Positions 1 to 7,110 of a stretch of 52,121 nt of DNA are shown one piece after another (the stretch's first letter is position 1; every line of letters begins with the position of its first letter). The translations under genes and the position numbers were made by a program. Where the stretch lies: contig JAQXTJ010000066.1 of NCBI GenBank assembly GCA_029219425.1, forward strand, positions 1 through 52,121, read 5' to 3'. Origin of the DNA: Bacteroidales bacterium (GTDB taxonomy: Bacteria; Bacteroidota; Bacteroidia; Bacteroidales; Muribaculaceae). Below the pieces are notes generated by a model. That model ran no database searches, was not told the DNA's origin, and saw nothing but the letters and a program-made list of their open reading frames with translations.

Positions 1-226
1 CCGTCGAGCCACGATTTCGCTATTGCTTCCTCTCTCCCAAGCGTCACCGCTTGAAACTTGCAAGTCGCTCTGGGGTTCGTCGGCAACTACGCCCCTTGTG
101 GACTTTCACCACAGATGTATGACGTGCCCGTCATACCAAAATAATCCCCGGCATCACTGCCAGGAATCGCTTACTTAATTAACCTTCTAATACCATTAAA
201 CATAAACCTAAAAACTAACTAACCGA

Positions 227-252
227 TTGTCGTCACGACAACTCTTTCTTTT
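227..252 (+). terminator. Weak terminator-like hairpin
   Basis: TTGTCG (227-232), loop tca, CGACAA (236-241), then CTCTTTCTTTT. It would end a plus-strand unit coming from the window edge. The stem is short, so confidence is low. Confidence 0.3.
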
Positions 253-284
253 AACCTAAAAATCATTTACCATGAAAACTGATG

Positions 285-292
285 CAAAGGTA
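285..292 (-). promoter_or_regulatory. Possible Bacteroidetes -7 box (TACCTTTG on minus strand)
   Basis: The plus strand reads CAAAGGTA, the reverse complement of TAnnTTTG. It would fire leftward into the non-coding structured region 1-275. No CDS is visible downstream inside the window. Confidence 0.3.
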
Positions 293-436
293 ATCAATTT
301 ATGCTATACAACATAATTTTTACCAAGAATTTTCTTTGGATTTACAATAATTAATATGTGGCATGCTACATACTTAACGTATGTTAAGCAAATTCACTCT
401 ATTCCGGATAAATCATAACCCTACTACAGCCCATTC

Positions 437-1135
437 TCAGGCTTTCTTCAGCCGCAGCTCGCGCAGCAGGGCTTTCTGCCCGGCGGTGATGCGGAAGCTC
501 TCGATGGCTTTCTGTATCGTCTTGTTGTGAGTCCACGCATCAAGCTCACGGCGTTGCAGCAGGGGCAATGTGGCCTCCCACTGCTTGGCCAGCGCGGTGG
601 CAAAATACCACGCCTGCATCATCTTCACATAGTAGTGCTCCGACCGCACCGCCGCCACCCACTGCAAATATTCAGGCCTGAAATCCTCGTCAAGATAGTG
701 CCGCATGAGCATCTCCATGCCAAATCGCTTGGTGAATGGAGCCTCGGCAGCAATCCACCGCCCTATGTCGCCAAGTAGCCGCTCCCGCACCGCTTTCCGG
801 CCAAATGCCTTTGGCGATAGCAAGTCGCAAGTAGCCCAGTTATCCACCCACGGCAGGAAAGCGTCGATGCGCCTCACGCACTCCTCATAGTCCTTCTCCT
901 CCATTATCAACAGTGCGTGCAAGTTGCGCTCGTCGTAGTATTCATGCCCTGTAGCATCGAGCACTGCCGCCACACCGCATTGCCTCACCAGTTCCTTGGC
1001 AAGCGCACGCAATGCCGGCAAGCGCACACCTATCACCGCCTCGCGCTCCACTCCCGGCATCAGCCCGAGCTGAAACTCTCGGTAACACTCATCGCCCAGT
1101 TCCCACAGCCGCATCACAATCTCCTCGTGCGTCAT
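437..1135 (-). CDS. DNA alkylation repair protein, HEAT-repeat AlkC/AlkD-like family
   Basis: The track ORF is 437..1162. I prefer the ATG at 1135 because it makes an ATGA overlap with the stop of the upstream exonuclease gene. The sequence (…LWELGDECYREFQLGLMPG…VRLPALRALAKEL…WVDNWATCD…) resembles the DNA alkylation repair enzyme family by recognition. Confidence 0.75.
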   Translation of the reverse strand: MTHEEIVMRLWELGDECYREFQLGLMPGVEREAVIGVRLPALRALAKELVRQCGVAAVLDATGHEYYDERNLHALLIMEEKDYEECVRRIDAFLPWVDNWATCDLLSPKAFGRKAVRERLLGDIGRWIAAEAPFTKRFGMEMLMRHYLDEDFRPEYLQWVAAVRSEHYYVKMMQAWYFATALAKQWEATLPLLQRRELDAWTHNKTIQKAIESFRITAGQKALLRELRLKKA

Positions 1136-1623
1136 AGCAGCTCTCTCGCTATCCACGCACACGCTTCAGCGTCGGCAAGCGCATGGTGATGATTCTTCAT
1201 GTCGAAGCCACAGGCTGCCGCCACCGTGTGGAGCTGGTGGTTGGGCAGATTCTTCAGCAGCCGCCGCGCCGCTCGCAGCGTGTCGTGAAATTCATAGTCG
1301 GGATAGTCCATCCCGTAGGTGTGGAACACCGCACGCAGGCATCCCTCGTCGAATGTCTTGTTGTGTGCCACCAGCGGCAGCCCCTCTATCATCGGCTCAA
1401 TCTTATCCCACACTCGTGGAAACACCGGAGCATCGTCAGTGTCGGCGCAGCACAGCCCGTGCACCCGCGAACACCAATAGTTGTAGTAGTTTGGCTCGGG
1501 CTGAATGAGCGAGTAGAACGAATCCACTATCTCGCCGTCCCTCACTATCACCACTCCCACCGAGCATACCGACGACCGCTCGCCATTGGCCGTCTCAAAG
1601 TCGATTGCAGCAAAGTCCTTCAT
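1132..1623 (-). CDS. DEDDh 3'-5' exonuclease (DnaQ/epsilon-like, stand-alone)
   Basis: Exo motifs are visible: AIDFETAN (ExoI), HNKTFDEG (ExoII) and HHALADAEA (ExoIII). Confidence 0.85.
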   Translation of the reverse strand: MKDFAAIDFETANGERSSVCSVGVVIVRDGEIVDSFYSLIQPEPNYYNYWCSRVHGLCCADTDDAPVFPRVWDKIEPMIEGLPLVAHNKTFDEGCLRAVFHTYGMDYPDYEFHDTLRAARRLLKNLPNHQLHTVAAACGFDMKNHHHALADAEACAWIARELL

Positions 1624-1795
1624 CTCCGTTATTCTCTTTTTTCTTATAAAAATACGCTAAGCATTCACAGCAAAACCCTATGAAAACAGGCTTCGAAATC
1701 CACCTTTTATGCAGCATTTCAACGCGGCACAATCTCATCTTGCGCATTCCACTGGCGTTCAACACATTAAGCTCAGCACCCCGGTATTTGCCGCA

Positions 1796-1894
1796 CGAAT
1801 CTTAGATTTTTCAACTGCCGTTTTTGCTCGTTTCTTAGATTTTTACACCTGCAAATTTACTCGTTTCTTAGATTTTTCACAACCCACACACCCC
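1796..1894. repeat. Three tandem 33-bp direct repeats with a conserved core CG(A/T)(A/T)TCTTAGATTTTT
   Basis: The core CTTAGATTTTT starts at 1801, 1834 and 1867, an exact 33-bp period. The other half of each unit differs. The array lies in the divergent intergenic region between the exonuclease and nitroreductase genes. Confidence 0.85.
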
Positions 1895-1913
1895 TATTTT
1901 CCCACTTTTTCAC

Positions 1914-1921
1914 TACTTTTG
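1914..1921 (+). promoter_or_regulatory. Bacteroidetes -7 box TACTTTTG
   Basis: Matches TAnnTTTG, 32 nt upstream of the nitroreductase ATG at 1953. Confidence 0.5.
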
Positions 1922-1952
1922 CATCACGAAATTTTTATAAAAACTCAAAGAA

Positions 1953-2612
1953 ATGAACATTATCGAAGCTATCCACGCACGCCACTCCGTGCGCTCATAT
2001 ATCAACCGCCCGCTGGCTGCCAACCTCGTGGCTCGCCTTCAGGCACTTATTGCCGAATATAATGCCGAAAGCGGCCTCAATATGCAGCTCGTCACGGGCG
2101 ACCCCGAAACTTTCAATTGCTTCTGGGCACACTATGGCAAATTCTCAGGCGTAGAGAACTACATCGCCCTCATCGGTGCCCCCGATGCCGCCGAGCTTTG
2201 CGGCTACTATGGCGAGAAACTCGTGCTCGAAGCCCAGATAATGGGGCTCAACACCTGCTGGATTGGTCTATCCTACAAGAAACTGCCCGGCCGCTACGTC
2301 ATCGCCCCGGGCGAGAAGCTCCACCTCATCATCTCCATTGGCTACGGCACCACGCAGGGCGTGCAGAGCAAGTCGAAGTCGGTCGAGAAAGTGTCGAAGT
2401 GCAAGGGCGATATGCCCGAGTGGTTCCGCCGCGGTGTGGAGGCTGCCCTGCTCGCCCCCTCGGCCGTCAATCAGCAGAAGTTCCGCTTCGAGCTGGTGGG
2501 CGACCGCGTGCGTGCCACCACCGGCTGGGGATTCTACTCCCATGTGGATCTCGGCATCGCCAAGCTCCACTTTGAGCTCGGTTCAGGCAAGCCATCCTCA
2601 ATCTGGCTCTAA
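1953..2612 (+). CDS. Nitroreductase family protein
   Basis: The N-terminus MNIIEAIHARHSVRSY is typical of the nitroreductase fold, and the size (219 aa) fits. Confidence 0.85.
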   Translation: MNIIEAIHARHSVRSYINRPLAANLVARLQALIAEYNAESGLNMQLVTGDPETFNCFWAHYGKFSGVENYIALIGAPDAAELCGYYGEKLVLEAQIMGLNTCWIGLSYKKLPGRYVIAPGEKLHLIISIGYGTTQGVQSKSKSVEKVSKCKGDMPEWFRRGVEAALLAPSAVNQQKFRFELVGDRVRATTGWGFYSHVDLGIAKLHFELGSGKPSSIWL

Positions 2613-2674
2613 CCCCCACATAAATTTTATCTACACTTTTTGCAAAAAAAATTGCAAATTCAAAAATTTGCTTT

Positions 2675-2682
2675 TATCTTTG
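2675..2682 (+). promoter_or_regulatory. Bacteroidetes -7 box TATCTTTG
   Basis: Matches TAnnTTTG immediately upstream of the riboswitch aptamer. Confidence 0.6.
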
Positions 2683-2685
2683 CAA

Positions 2686-2872
2686 CCGAAAATGGTTCTC
2701 TGCTTTTGCAGAGCTAAGAAGGGAATGCAGTGTAATTCTGCAACTATGCCCGTAGCTGTAAGTCCGTTTATGCGACTATTCACCTATGTCACTGGAAGTA
2801 ATGCGAGTCATACGCTTTACATCAATCCCGGGAAGACGTAATAGTTAGCGACGAAGTCAGAAGACCTGCCAT
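2686..2872 (+). promoter_or_regulatory. Cobalamin (B12) riboswitch
   Basis: Conserved elements are present: GGTTCTCTGC…GCAGAGC stem, AAGAAGGGAA, GTGTAATTCTGC, GCCCGTAGCTGTAAG, TCACTGG, GGGAAGAC, and the B12 box AGTCAGAAGACCTGCC (2855-2870). A TGCCTG/CAGGCA hairpin plus T-rich tract at 2886-2918 is a plausible expression platform. The riboswitch sits directly upstream of a TonB-dependent receptor. Confidence 0.88.
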
Positions 2873-2933
2873 TTTGAGTAATATTTGCCTGCGGGGACAC
2901 AGGCATTTGATATTATTACTTTTATATGACAAA

Positions 2934-4838
2934 ATGCGTAATTCTTTTATTGCTTTTGTGGCATGTGCTTTAACGCACAGTGCCGCGTTGCCGATGCAAG
3001 CCGCAGCTCCTACTTCTAAGTCAATCACCGATTCCATCTTCGAAATCAAGGAGGTATCGGTTGTTGCCACTCGCAATCTCACGCCTCAGCAAACCATCAG
3101 CCGGGTTCAAATCGAGAACCTCGCATCAAGCTCTGTGGCCGACGCCCTCAAGTATATGTCGGGTGTGCAGATTAAGGACTACGGTGGTCTTGGCGGTCAA
3201 AAAACCGTCAATGTGCGCTCGCTCGGCTCGCAACATGTGGGAATCTATCTCGATGGCGTGCGCATCACAAATGCTCAAAATGGCACTGTCGATTTGGGTA
3301 AATACTCTTTGACCACACTCGAATCGGTTTCGCTGTTCAATGCCAACAAAGTGGAGCAACTAATGGTTGCAAGCGAATTTGCCTCGGCTTCTACCGTCTA
3401 TCTCAAGACTAAACGTCCCGAAAAGACATCTTTTCTCGCTTCCTACTCAATTGGCTCTTTTGGCACGCACAAGCTTAATGCCACTTATAGCTTCAAAAAA
3501 TATGGTTTCATCGACGCAGCCTACACTCACAGCGACGGCGACTATCCTTTTCGTTACAAAACCGAGTATGAAGACACCACCGGCACACGCCGAAACAGCG
3601 ACATCGACATGATGCGCATCGAAAGCTGCTTCTTTTTCAAGAATTTCGAGTGGCACACCTATTTTTTCAATTCTCAGCGTGGTCTCCCAGGTGGCGTTGT
3701 GCGTAGGCTGTCCGACAAATATACCGACGTGGGGCGCGAATGGGACCGTAACTTCTTCAGCCAGCTCTCCTATCGCAACAACAATAAGGCGTTGGGCTAC
3801 AGGGCCATCCTAAAATACACCAACGATAAGATGCACTATCGCTCCGATTACCCCGAAAACATGAGCGTGCACAGCAACAACCAGTACCACCAGCAAGACA
3901 TCTATGGCGCTGCCGCTTTCTCCTATAGCTTCAAAGGCCTGAGCGTCTCGGCTTCAAGCGACCTTCGATGGTCCGACCTTACCACCGATGTAAAAAGATT
4001 CCACTATGTGTGGCGTCTCGACAACAAGAACTCCCTCTCGGCCATTTTTAATTTCCGTGGGTTTACACTCAACGCAAGTGCCTTATACACAAGCGTCACC
4101 GACCACACTCACAATGGCGCAAAACCGCTCGACAAGTTCACCTACGACGCTCTCGCTTCCTACAAGCTCAACAAGCATTTCTCTTTCCGGTCTTTCTATA
4201 AATCGGTGTTCCGTGCCCCTACCCTCAACGACCTCTACTACACCCTCGTTGGCAACCGCAACCTCAAGCCCGAGTACACAAAGCAGTGGGACGTGGGATT
4301 GTGCTACAACAATAGCTTCCTTGCCCTGCAAGTCGATGCCTACTACAACAAGGTCACCGACCGCATAGTGTGCCTACCTCTCAAAGGATCTTTCCAATGG
4401 ACAATGCTCAACTATGGCTACACCCGCTGCATGGGCATAGATTGGAGTGCCAATATCAATTACCGCAACCATTCCCTATTCCTCAGTGGTGCATTCCAGG
4501 ACGACCGAAACCTCACTAACCCCGATGGCGACGACTATCGCGATTACATTGCTTATTCCCCCAAGTGGACTTTCAGTGCCATTTATTCTCTAAACTGGAA
4601 AGCCCTATCTGGATCCATTTCCTATATGTTTGTCGATAAACGCTTCTGGACCGCCGAGAACGACATCGAAGACCCACTTAACGCCTACATGTGCGTTGAT
4701 GCTAAAGTCGCTTACCGTTTCTGGAGGTTCACCGCCGAGCTCGAGTGTCAGAACATCTTCAACAAGCCCTACGAGATGATTCAGCGTTGGCCTATGCCCG
4801 GCCGTCGTTTCATGGCTACTTTCAAATTCACACTTTAA
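2934..4838 (+). CDS. btuB: TonB-dependent outer-membrane receptor, BtuB-like vitamin B12 transporter
   Basis: The track ORF starts at TTG 2874, inside the riboswitch platform. ATG 2934 gives a signal peptide (MRNSFIAFVACALTHSAALPMQA). It has a plug domain (VSVVATRN…), a 22-strand-barrel-sized body, and lies behind the B12 riboswitch. Confidence 0.85.
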   Translation: MRNSFIAFVACALTHSAALPMQAAAPTSKSITDSIFEIKEVSVVATRNLTPQQTISRVQIENLASSSVADALKYMSGVQIKDYGGLGGQKTVNVRSLGSQHVGIYLDGVRITNAQNGTVDLGKYSLTTLESVSLFNANKVEQLMVASEFASASTVYLKTKRPEKTSFLASYSIGSFGTHKLNATYSFKKYGFIDAAYTHSDGDYPFRYKTEYEDTTGTRRNSDIDMMRIESCFFFKNFEWHTYFFNSQRGLPGGVVRRLSDKYTDVGREWDRNFFSQLSYRNNNKALGYRAILKYTNDKMHYRSDYPENMSVHSNNQYHQQDIYGAAAFSYSFKGLSVSASSDLRWSDLTTDVKRFHYVWRLDNKNSLSAIFNFRGFTLNASALYTSVTDHTHNGAKPLDKFTYDALASYKLNKHFSFRSFYKSVFRAPTLNDLYYTLVGNRNLKPEYTKQWDVGLCYNNSFLALQVDAYYNKVTDRIVCLPLKGSFQWTMLNYGYTRCMGIDWSANINYRNHSLFLSGAFQDDRNLTNPDGDDYRDYIAYSPKWTFSAIYSLNWKALSGSISYMFVDKRFWTAENDIEDPLNAYMCVDAKVAYRFWRFTAELECQNIFNKPYEMIQRWPMPGRRFMATFKFTL

Positions 4839-4856
4839 TAATTTATTCTTTATTTT

Positions 4857-6092
4857 ATGAAAAAAATCTTTCTTTTCATGGCAGCAATGCTATGTTGCTG
4901 TTGCGCCATGGCTCAATCTAATGACGTTAAAGACAATCTTATCATCTGCAACGAAGGTAACTGGCAAAGCGACAATGGGCAATTGTCGTTCTACGATGCC
5001 ACAACTGGCACTCTCACCAACAAGTGGTTCCGTACCGTAAATAACAAAAAACTCGGCGACACACCAAACGATATCATTCAAATCAACGACGATTTGTTTG
5101 CCATTTGCGTCAATTGGTCAAATATCATCCAGTATATCAATAGGAAAGGCGAGGACATGGGTGCTACAGAGAACGTCCCTAACAACCGCAGGATGTGCAC
5201 CGATGGCAAATATCTCTACGTCACTTCTTATGCACACCAGTGTGGCTCTACCACTTTCACTAAAGGTTATGTTGCAAAAATCGATGTGGACACGAAGAAT
5301 ATTGTGGCAACTTGTGAGGTCGGGTGGGAACCCGAAGGCATTCGTTTCTATAATGGCAAGCTCTACGTTGCAAATACCGGCGGATACGCATTCTCCGAGT
5401 CTCACGACTACGAAACTACAATTCAGATTCTCGATGCCAAATCCATGACCTCAATTAAGACCATCGACACGGGTTGCATAAATCTCTATGGCGAAATGTC
5501 GCAAGCCGGCCAATATCTTTGCATTAACTCTTGTGGCGACTACTACGAAGTGGAACCGAAAACCATAATCTTCGACTGCAAAACCGAAACGTGTCACATC
5601 TTCAACTTCCCATGCACATACAATACCACCGATGGTCAGCTTTTCTACACCGTAGGTAGCTACTTCTCCTACAACACTTACGATTATGTTTACTACATAA
5701 ACACAATCGACCCCTCTACTATGACTTACTCTGAGGGTATCTATAATGATGTAGTAACAAATGAAATAAGAGACCTTACATCTCCTTACGAGATTTATGT
5801 GTCGCCCTATACTAAAAACATTTATTTCACCGATGCCGGATCCTATGCAAGTGCCGGTTACCTCTATGGCTACACCCCCGATGGTTCTCCCGTGTTCGAG
5901 CGTCAGAAGGTTTACATCAATCCGGCACACATAATCGCATTCCCCACCGGTTCTACTCCCACAGCAGTCGATGCCACATTTGGCAACAAATACCGGGACA
6001 ATGGCATCACCTACGACCTGCTTGGTCGTCCTGTCGATGACAATTATCGTGGAATAGTCATAAAGAACGGCAAAAAATTCATCAAAAAATAA
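4857..6092 (+). CDS. Surface lipoprotein, probable BtuG-like beta-propeller B12-binding protein (YncE/DUF5074-like)
   Basis: It has a lipoprotein-type signal with a Cys cluster (FMAAMLCCCCAMAQS). The approximately 400-aa body is repetitive and beta-rich. It lies immediately downstream of btuB in the same riboswitch-controlled unit, as BtuG does in Bacteroides B12 loci. The family call rests on context and recognition. Confidence 0.55.
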   Translation: MKKIFLFMAAMLCCCCAMAQSNDVKDNLIICNEGNWQSDNGQLSFYDATTGTLTNKWFRTVNNKKLGDTPNDIIQINDDLFAICVNWSNIIQYINRKGEDMGATENVPNNRRMCTDGKYLYVTSYAHQCGSTTFTKGYVAKIDVDTKNIVATCEVGWEPEGIRFYNGKLYVANTGGYAFSESHDYETTIQILDAKSMTSIKTIDTGCINLYGEMSQAGQYLCINSCGDYYEVEPKTIIFDCKTETCHIFNFPCTYNTTDGQLFYTVGSYFSYNTYDYVYYINTIDPSTMTYSEGIYNDVVTNEIRDLTSPYEIYVSPYTKNIYFTDAGSYASAGYLYGYTPDGSPVFERQKVYINPAHIIAFPTGSTPTAVDATFGNKYRDNGITYDLLGRPVDDNYRGIVIKNGKKFIKK

Positions 6093-6118
6093 AATATAGC
6101 TTTTTTGTAATTTGAGTT

Positions 6119-6156
6119 AGAGGATTGTGTATTTCTGCCACAATCCTCTTTTTTTA
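6119..6156 (+). terminator. Rho-independent terminator
   Basis: Perfect 11-bp stem AGAGGATTGTG / CACAATCCTCT, a 9-nt loop, then a T6-7 run. It closes the B12 locus. Confidence 0.8.
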
Positions 6157-6275
6157 TCTTCATTCATCTCATCAATGCCTCGTCATAAAAGTACACAGGA
6201 ACTCCAAAGTTTCGTTTTTTCATTCCCCATAGCAGGTTTTTGCGGCAAATCGTTCGCTATTCCACTACAAATTCG

Positions 6276-6283
6276 TATATTTG
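6276..6283 (+). promoter_or_regulatory. Bacteroidetes -7 box TATATTTG
   Basis: Matches TAnnTTTG, 42 nt upstream of ATG 6325. Confidence 0.55.
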
Positions 6284-6324
6284 CAAATTATTTTTGTTAA
6301 GCATAATTTTTGCAATTAGGCATA

Positions 6325-7101
6325 ATGGAAAAATCTACAAATATTGGCGACACAAGGCTGTTCTTCACCGTCGAGGGCGAGGGGCTGCCGGTGATTCTCA
6401 TGCACGGCTGGGGCTGCAACCACTCCACCCTCAAGAGCATCGAGGCTCAGCTTTTGCCCGGCTTCAAGGTCTATAATGTCGATTTTCCCGGCTTCGGCAA
6501 CAGCGACGAGCCTGCCTCGGTGTGGGGCGTGGAGGAATACACCCGGCTCATCGAGGAGTTTGCACGCCGCGAGCATATTGAGAATCCCATCCTCCTCGGT
6601 CACTCTTTCGGCGGCCGCGTGGGCATACTCTTTGCCTCGCGCAACAAGGTGCGAAAGCTCATCCTCGTCGATGCCGCAGGCGTGAAGCCAAAGCGCTCAC
6701 TGCGCTACTACTGCAAGGTGTATTCCTACAAGGCCGTGAAGCGCCTCCTGCTCTTCTCCCTTGGCAAGCAGCGTGGCGAGGCTGCTCTCAACCGCTACCG
6801 CGCAAAGGTGGGATCGAGCGACTACTCCAGTGCTTCCCCAATGATGCGTGCCATTCTCAGCAAGGTGGTGAATGAGGACCTCACCGGCGTAATGCCCCAC
6901 ATCTCCTGCCCCACTCTCCTCATCTGGGGTGCCAACGACACCGCAACACCTCTCAGCGACGCAAAGACAATGGAACGGCTCATTCCCGATGCCGGGCTGG
7001 TGAGCTTCGATGGCGTGGGGCACTACAGTTTCCTTGAGAACCCTTTCCAGTTTGCAGCCGTGCTGAAAAGTTTCCTTAGCAACGATATGACTAAAAAATA
7101 A
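6325..7101 (+). CDS. Alpha/beta-fold hydrolase
   Basis: It has an HGWG oxyanion region, the nucleophile elbow GHSFGG, and a C-terminal GHYSFLE His region. The track start at 6310 is TTG; ATG 6325 is preferred. Confidence 0.85.
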   Translation: MEKSTNIGDTRLFFTVEGEGLPVILMHGWGCNHSTLKSIEAQLLPGFKVYNVDFPGFGNSDEPASVWGVEEYTRLIEEFARREHIENPILLGHSFGGRVGILFASRNKVRKLILVDAAGVKPKRSLRYYCKVYSYKAVKRLLLFSLGKQRGEAALNRYRAKVGSSDYSSASPMMRAILSKVVNEDLTGVMPHISCPTLLIWGANDTATPLSDAKTMERLIPDAGLVSFDGVGHYSFLENPFQFAAVLKSFLSNDMTKK

Positions 7102-7110
7102 ACTCTGCTT

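Noticed and set aside
1-170. RNase P RNA or FMN/cobalamin riboswitch on the minus strand, suggested by GGTGAAAGTCC and GCCGAC.
   Set aside because: The flanking conserved elements are missing or wrongly spaced: GAGGAAAGTCCGGGC for RNase P, ACCGGCGGTA for FMN, and the B12 box for cobalamin.
2-178. Plus-strand frame-2 open stretch at the window edge, as the C-terminus of an off-window protein.
   Set aside because: The translation (…SQASPLETCKSLWGSSATTPLVDFHHRCMTCPSYQNNPRHHCQESLT) looks non-protein-like, and codon third positions show no host bias. It is kept only as an alternative in the edge finding.
1796-1894. Possible mini-CRISPR array (regular 33-bp period with a conserved part and a variable part).
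   Set aside because: It has only three units and the conserved core is only about 17 bp. There are no cas genes and no leader. It is positioned as promoter-proximal binding sites.
1709-2062. A 117-aa ORF spanning the divergent intergenic region, with the repeated peptide RFLDF.
   Set aside because: It simply translates the three 33-bp DNA repeats and then runs into the nitroreductase gene in another frame. A promoter box lies inside it. I treat it as non-coding regulatory DNA.
2874-2933. Upstream alternative starts proposed by the ORF track: TTG 2874 for btuB, TTG 9961 for ileS, GTG 15931 for purU, TTG 43552 for bamD, TTG 6310 for the hydrolase, TTG 20374 for lysC, 19455 for ftsE and 14556 for the DUF4296 gene.
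   Set aside because: These extensions overlap the riboswitch platform, the TAnnTTTG promoter boxes or the upstream gene. In-frame ATGs downstream yield canonical N-termini or signal peptides.
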